From Candidatus Nomurabacteria bacterium (lineage in GTDB: Bacteria > Patescibacteriota > Minisyncoccia > Phycocordibacterales > UBA9973), in the NCBI GenBank assembly GCA_963842815.1, contig CAWJHU010000003.1:91683-155682 (forward strand): a stretch of DNA of 64,000 nucleotides. Direction: 5' to 3'. Under the pieces are notes generated by a model, which saw only the letters and a program-made list of their open reading frames with translations, searched no databases and was not told the DNA's origin. Made by a program: the position numbers and the translations under genes. Shown here piece by piece: positions 62,575 to 64,000 of this stretch (position 1 is its first letter; every line of letters begins with the position of its first letter).

Positions 62575-62610
62575 AAAAACATATCTACGCCATGGCTGAG
62601 ATATGTTTTT
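62575..62610. repeat. 36-bp imperfect palindrome with an 18/20 match to 62157-62176
   Basis: AAAAACATATCTACGCCATGGCTGAGATATGTTTTT. Confidence 0.9.
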
Positions 62611-63018
62611 GATTTTAAATAAAAAACTGCTGGCACTAATAAATATAGTACGCAGCAGTTAGATAATACAGGGTGGAAAAACTAGAAAGAGAAGAAACGG
62701 TCGGCAGAGCTACCTTATTCCTTCTTTATGTTTCTACTAGGAACCACAAGGGATCGAACCTCATCTTTTCCACTGTATATATAATATTACATACAGAGAC
62801 GAGCTAGGAAACACCACAGAGGTCTTAACCACATGGGGAAACCCCCTCTGAGATACACCCAAAATTAAAAGGTGTGGGTAATTTTAAGGTCAGCCGTTGA
62901 AACCCTTATTAGCCTCAACGATGCCTAAGTTTGTGTTGGCTCTCTATCCACCCAAATATATTCTTAACTTTACAAATTCTAAGATAGAGATTAATACTAA
63001 TCACCTAATTAGTCAATA

Positions 63019-64000
63019 TTAGTCAAAGTAGTTCTTCAGCCGGGCAATTTTTTCGTGCTGGCGAAGTTTTTCGTGCACTTTGGCTTCAATCTGGCGAATG
63101 CGTTCGCGGGTCACTCCGAATTCTTCCCCCACCCTTTCCAGAGTATGTTGAATACCGTCCACCAACCCATAACGCATTTCCAGATATTTTACGTTTCTTT
63201 GGGGTTAAGTTCGTTCAAAACTTCGCGGATTTGGTCGGATAAAATTCTGCGGGAGGATTCCTGGTCCGGGCGCAAAATTTTATCATCCGGAATAAAGTTT
63301 TCCAGAGTTGATTTATCGTCATCGTCCCCCACCGGCTGTTCCAGAGAAATAGTTTCCTGGCTGATATTTTCAATGACGTGAATTTTTTCAACTGGAATGC
63401 CCATTTCGGTGGCAATCTCTTCGGCCAATGGTTCCCGGCCTAAATCTTGACTGAGTTTTCGGTACGTTTGTTTGTATTTGGAAATAGTTTCCACCATATG
63501 CACCGGAATGCGGATAGTTCTGGATTGGTCAGCCAGAGCGCGGGTAATGGATTGGCGAATCCACCAGGTGGCATAAGTGGAAAATTTATATCCCTTGGTC
63601 CAATCAAATTTTTCCACTGCCTTGAATAGTCCCAAATTCCCTTCCTGAATCAAATCCAAAAGGCTCAGATTGGCGCTTCTGCCCACATATTTTTTGGCGA
63701 TGGAAACCACCAAACGCAAATTGGCTCTGGCCAATAAATTTTTTGCTTCAACATCGCCCAATTCTATGCGCTTAGCAAGATCTTTTTCATCCACCGCATG
63801 AATGAGCGCATACTGCCCTATTTCTTTCAAATACATTTGAATGGAATCGTGAATGGTGGATTTATTCAAATCTTTATCGGTAATATCATTATCAAGATTA
63901 AGTAAATTTCCGCCTTCCAGCACATCAATACCAGCCACGGCAAATTTTTCATAAAGCTCGTCCAAAAAGAAAATATTGTTCTCAATGTCGGGAAAAGTTT
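63019..64000 (-). CDS. rpoD: Primary sigma factor RpoD, 5'-truncated by the window, frameshift at ~63185-63195
   Basis: [34 protein letters not shown]; region 4 ([21 protein letters not shown]) continues in another frame to TAA at 63019. Confidence 0.95.

Noticed and set aside
62157-62610. CRISPR array or CRISPR-Cas locus
   Set aside because: Only two palindromes ~430 bp apart, with no spacers and no cas1 or effector genes.
63180-63200. RpoD lacking region 4
   Set aside because: Region 4 is intact in the shifted frame, so local indel errors are more likely.

Overview
Chromosomal window from a low-GC, genome-reduced bacterium. Gene content and style suggest Patescibacteria/CPR (Parcubacteria-like), which is an inference. 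It holds giant surface-protein genes (cohesin, dockerin/FN3, collagen-like), a gap-rpiB-rpe-split transketolase cluster, housekeeping genes (dnaE, pth, lepB, hisS, def, fmt, nrdJ, tgt, mreBC, proS, rpsB, tsf, rpoD), GH130 enzymes, an AbiE toxin-antitoxin pair, six tRNAs and RNase P RNA. The most striking feature is a ~5.5-kb element (41828-47329) integrated at the 3' end of tRNA-Ala(TGC) between 7-bp TGTGGAC direct repeats. The crossover core lies inside its large serine recombinase gene. Integrated, the enzyme ends in an 18-aa tail read from the tRNA antisense strand; in the excised circle it would gain an in-frame 33-aa tail now parked at the far end of the element. The element also carries 62-bp repeats flanking a cargo gene and a pseudoknotted leader RNA. 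Other oddities: hairpin elements with inverted duplications of tRNA ends, a perfect 25-bp palindrome in frame inside fmt, and a solo Cas2-like gene bracketed by matching palindromes. Five frameshifts, three in essential genes, most likely reflect assembly indel errors.
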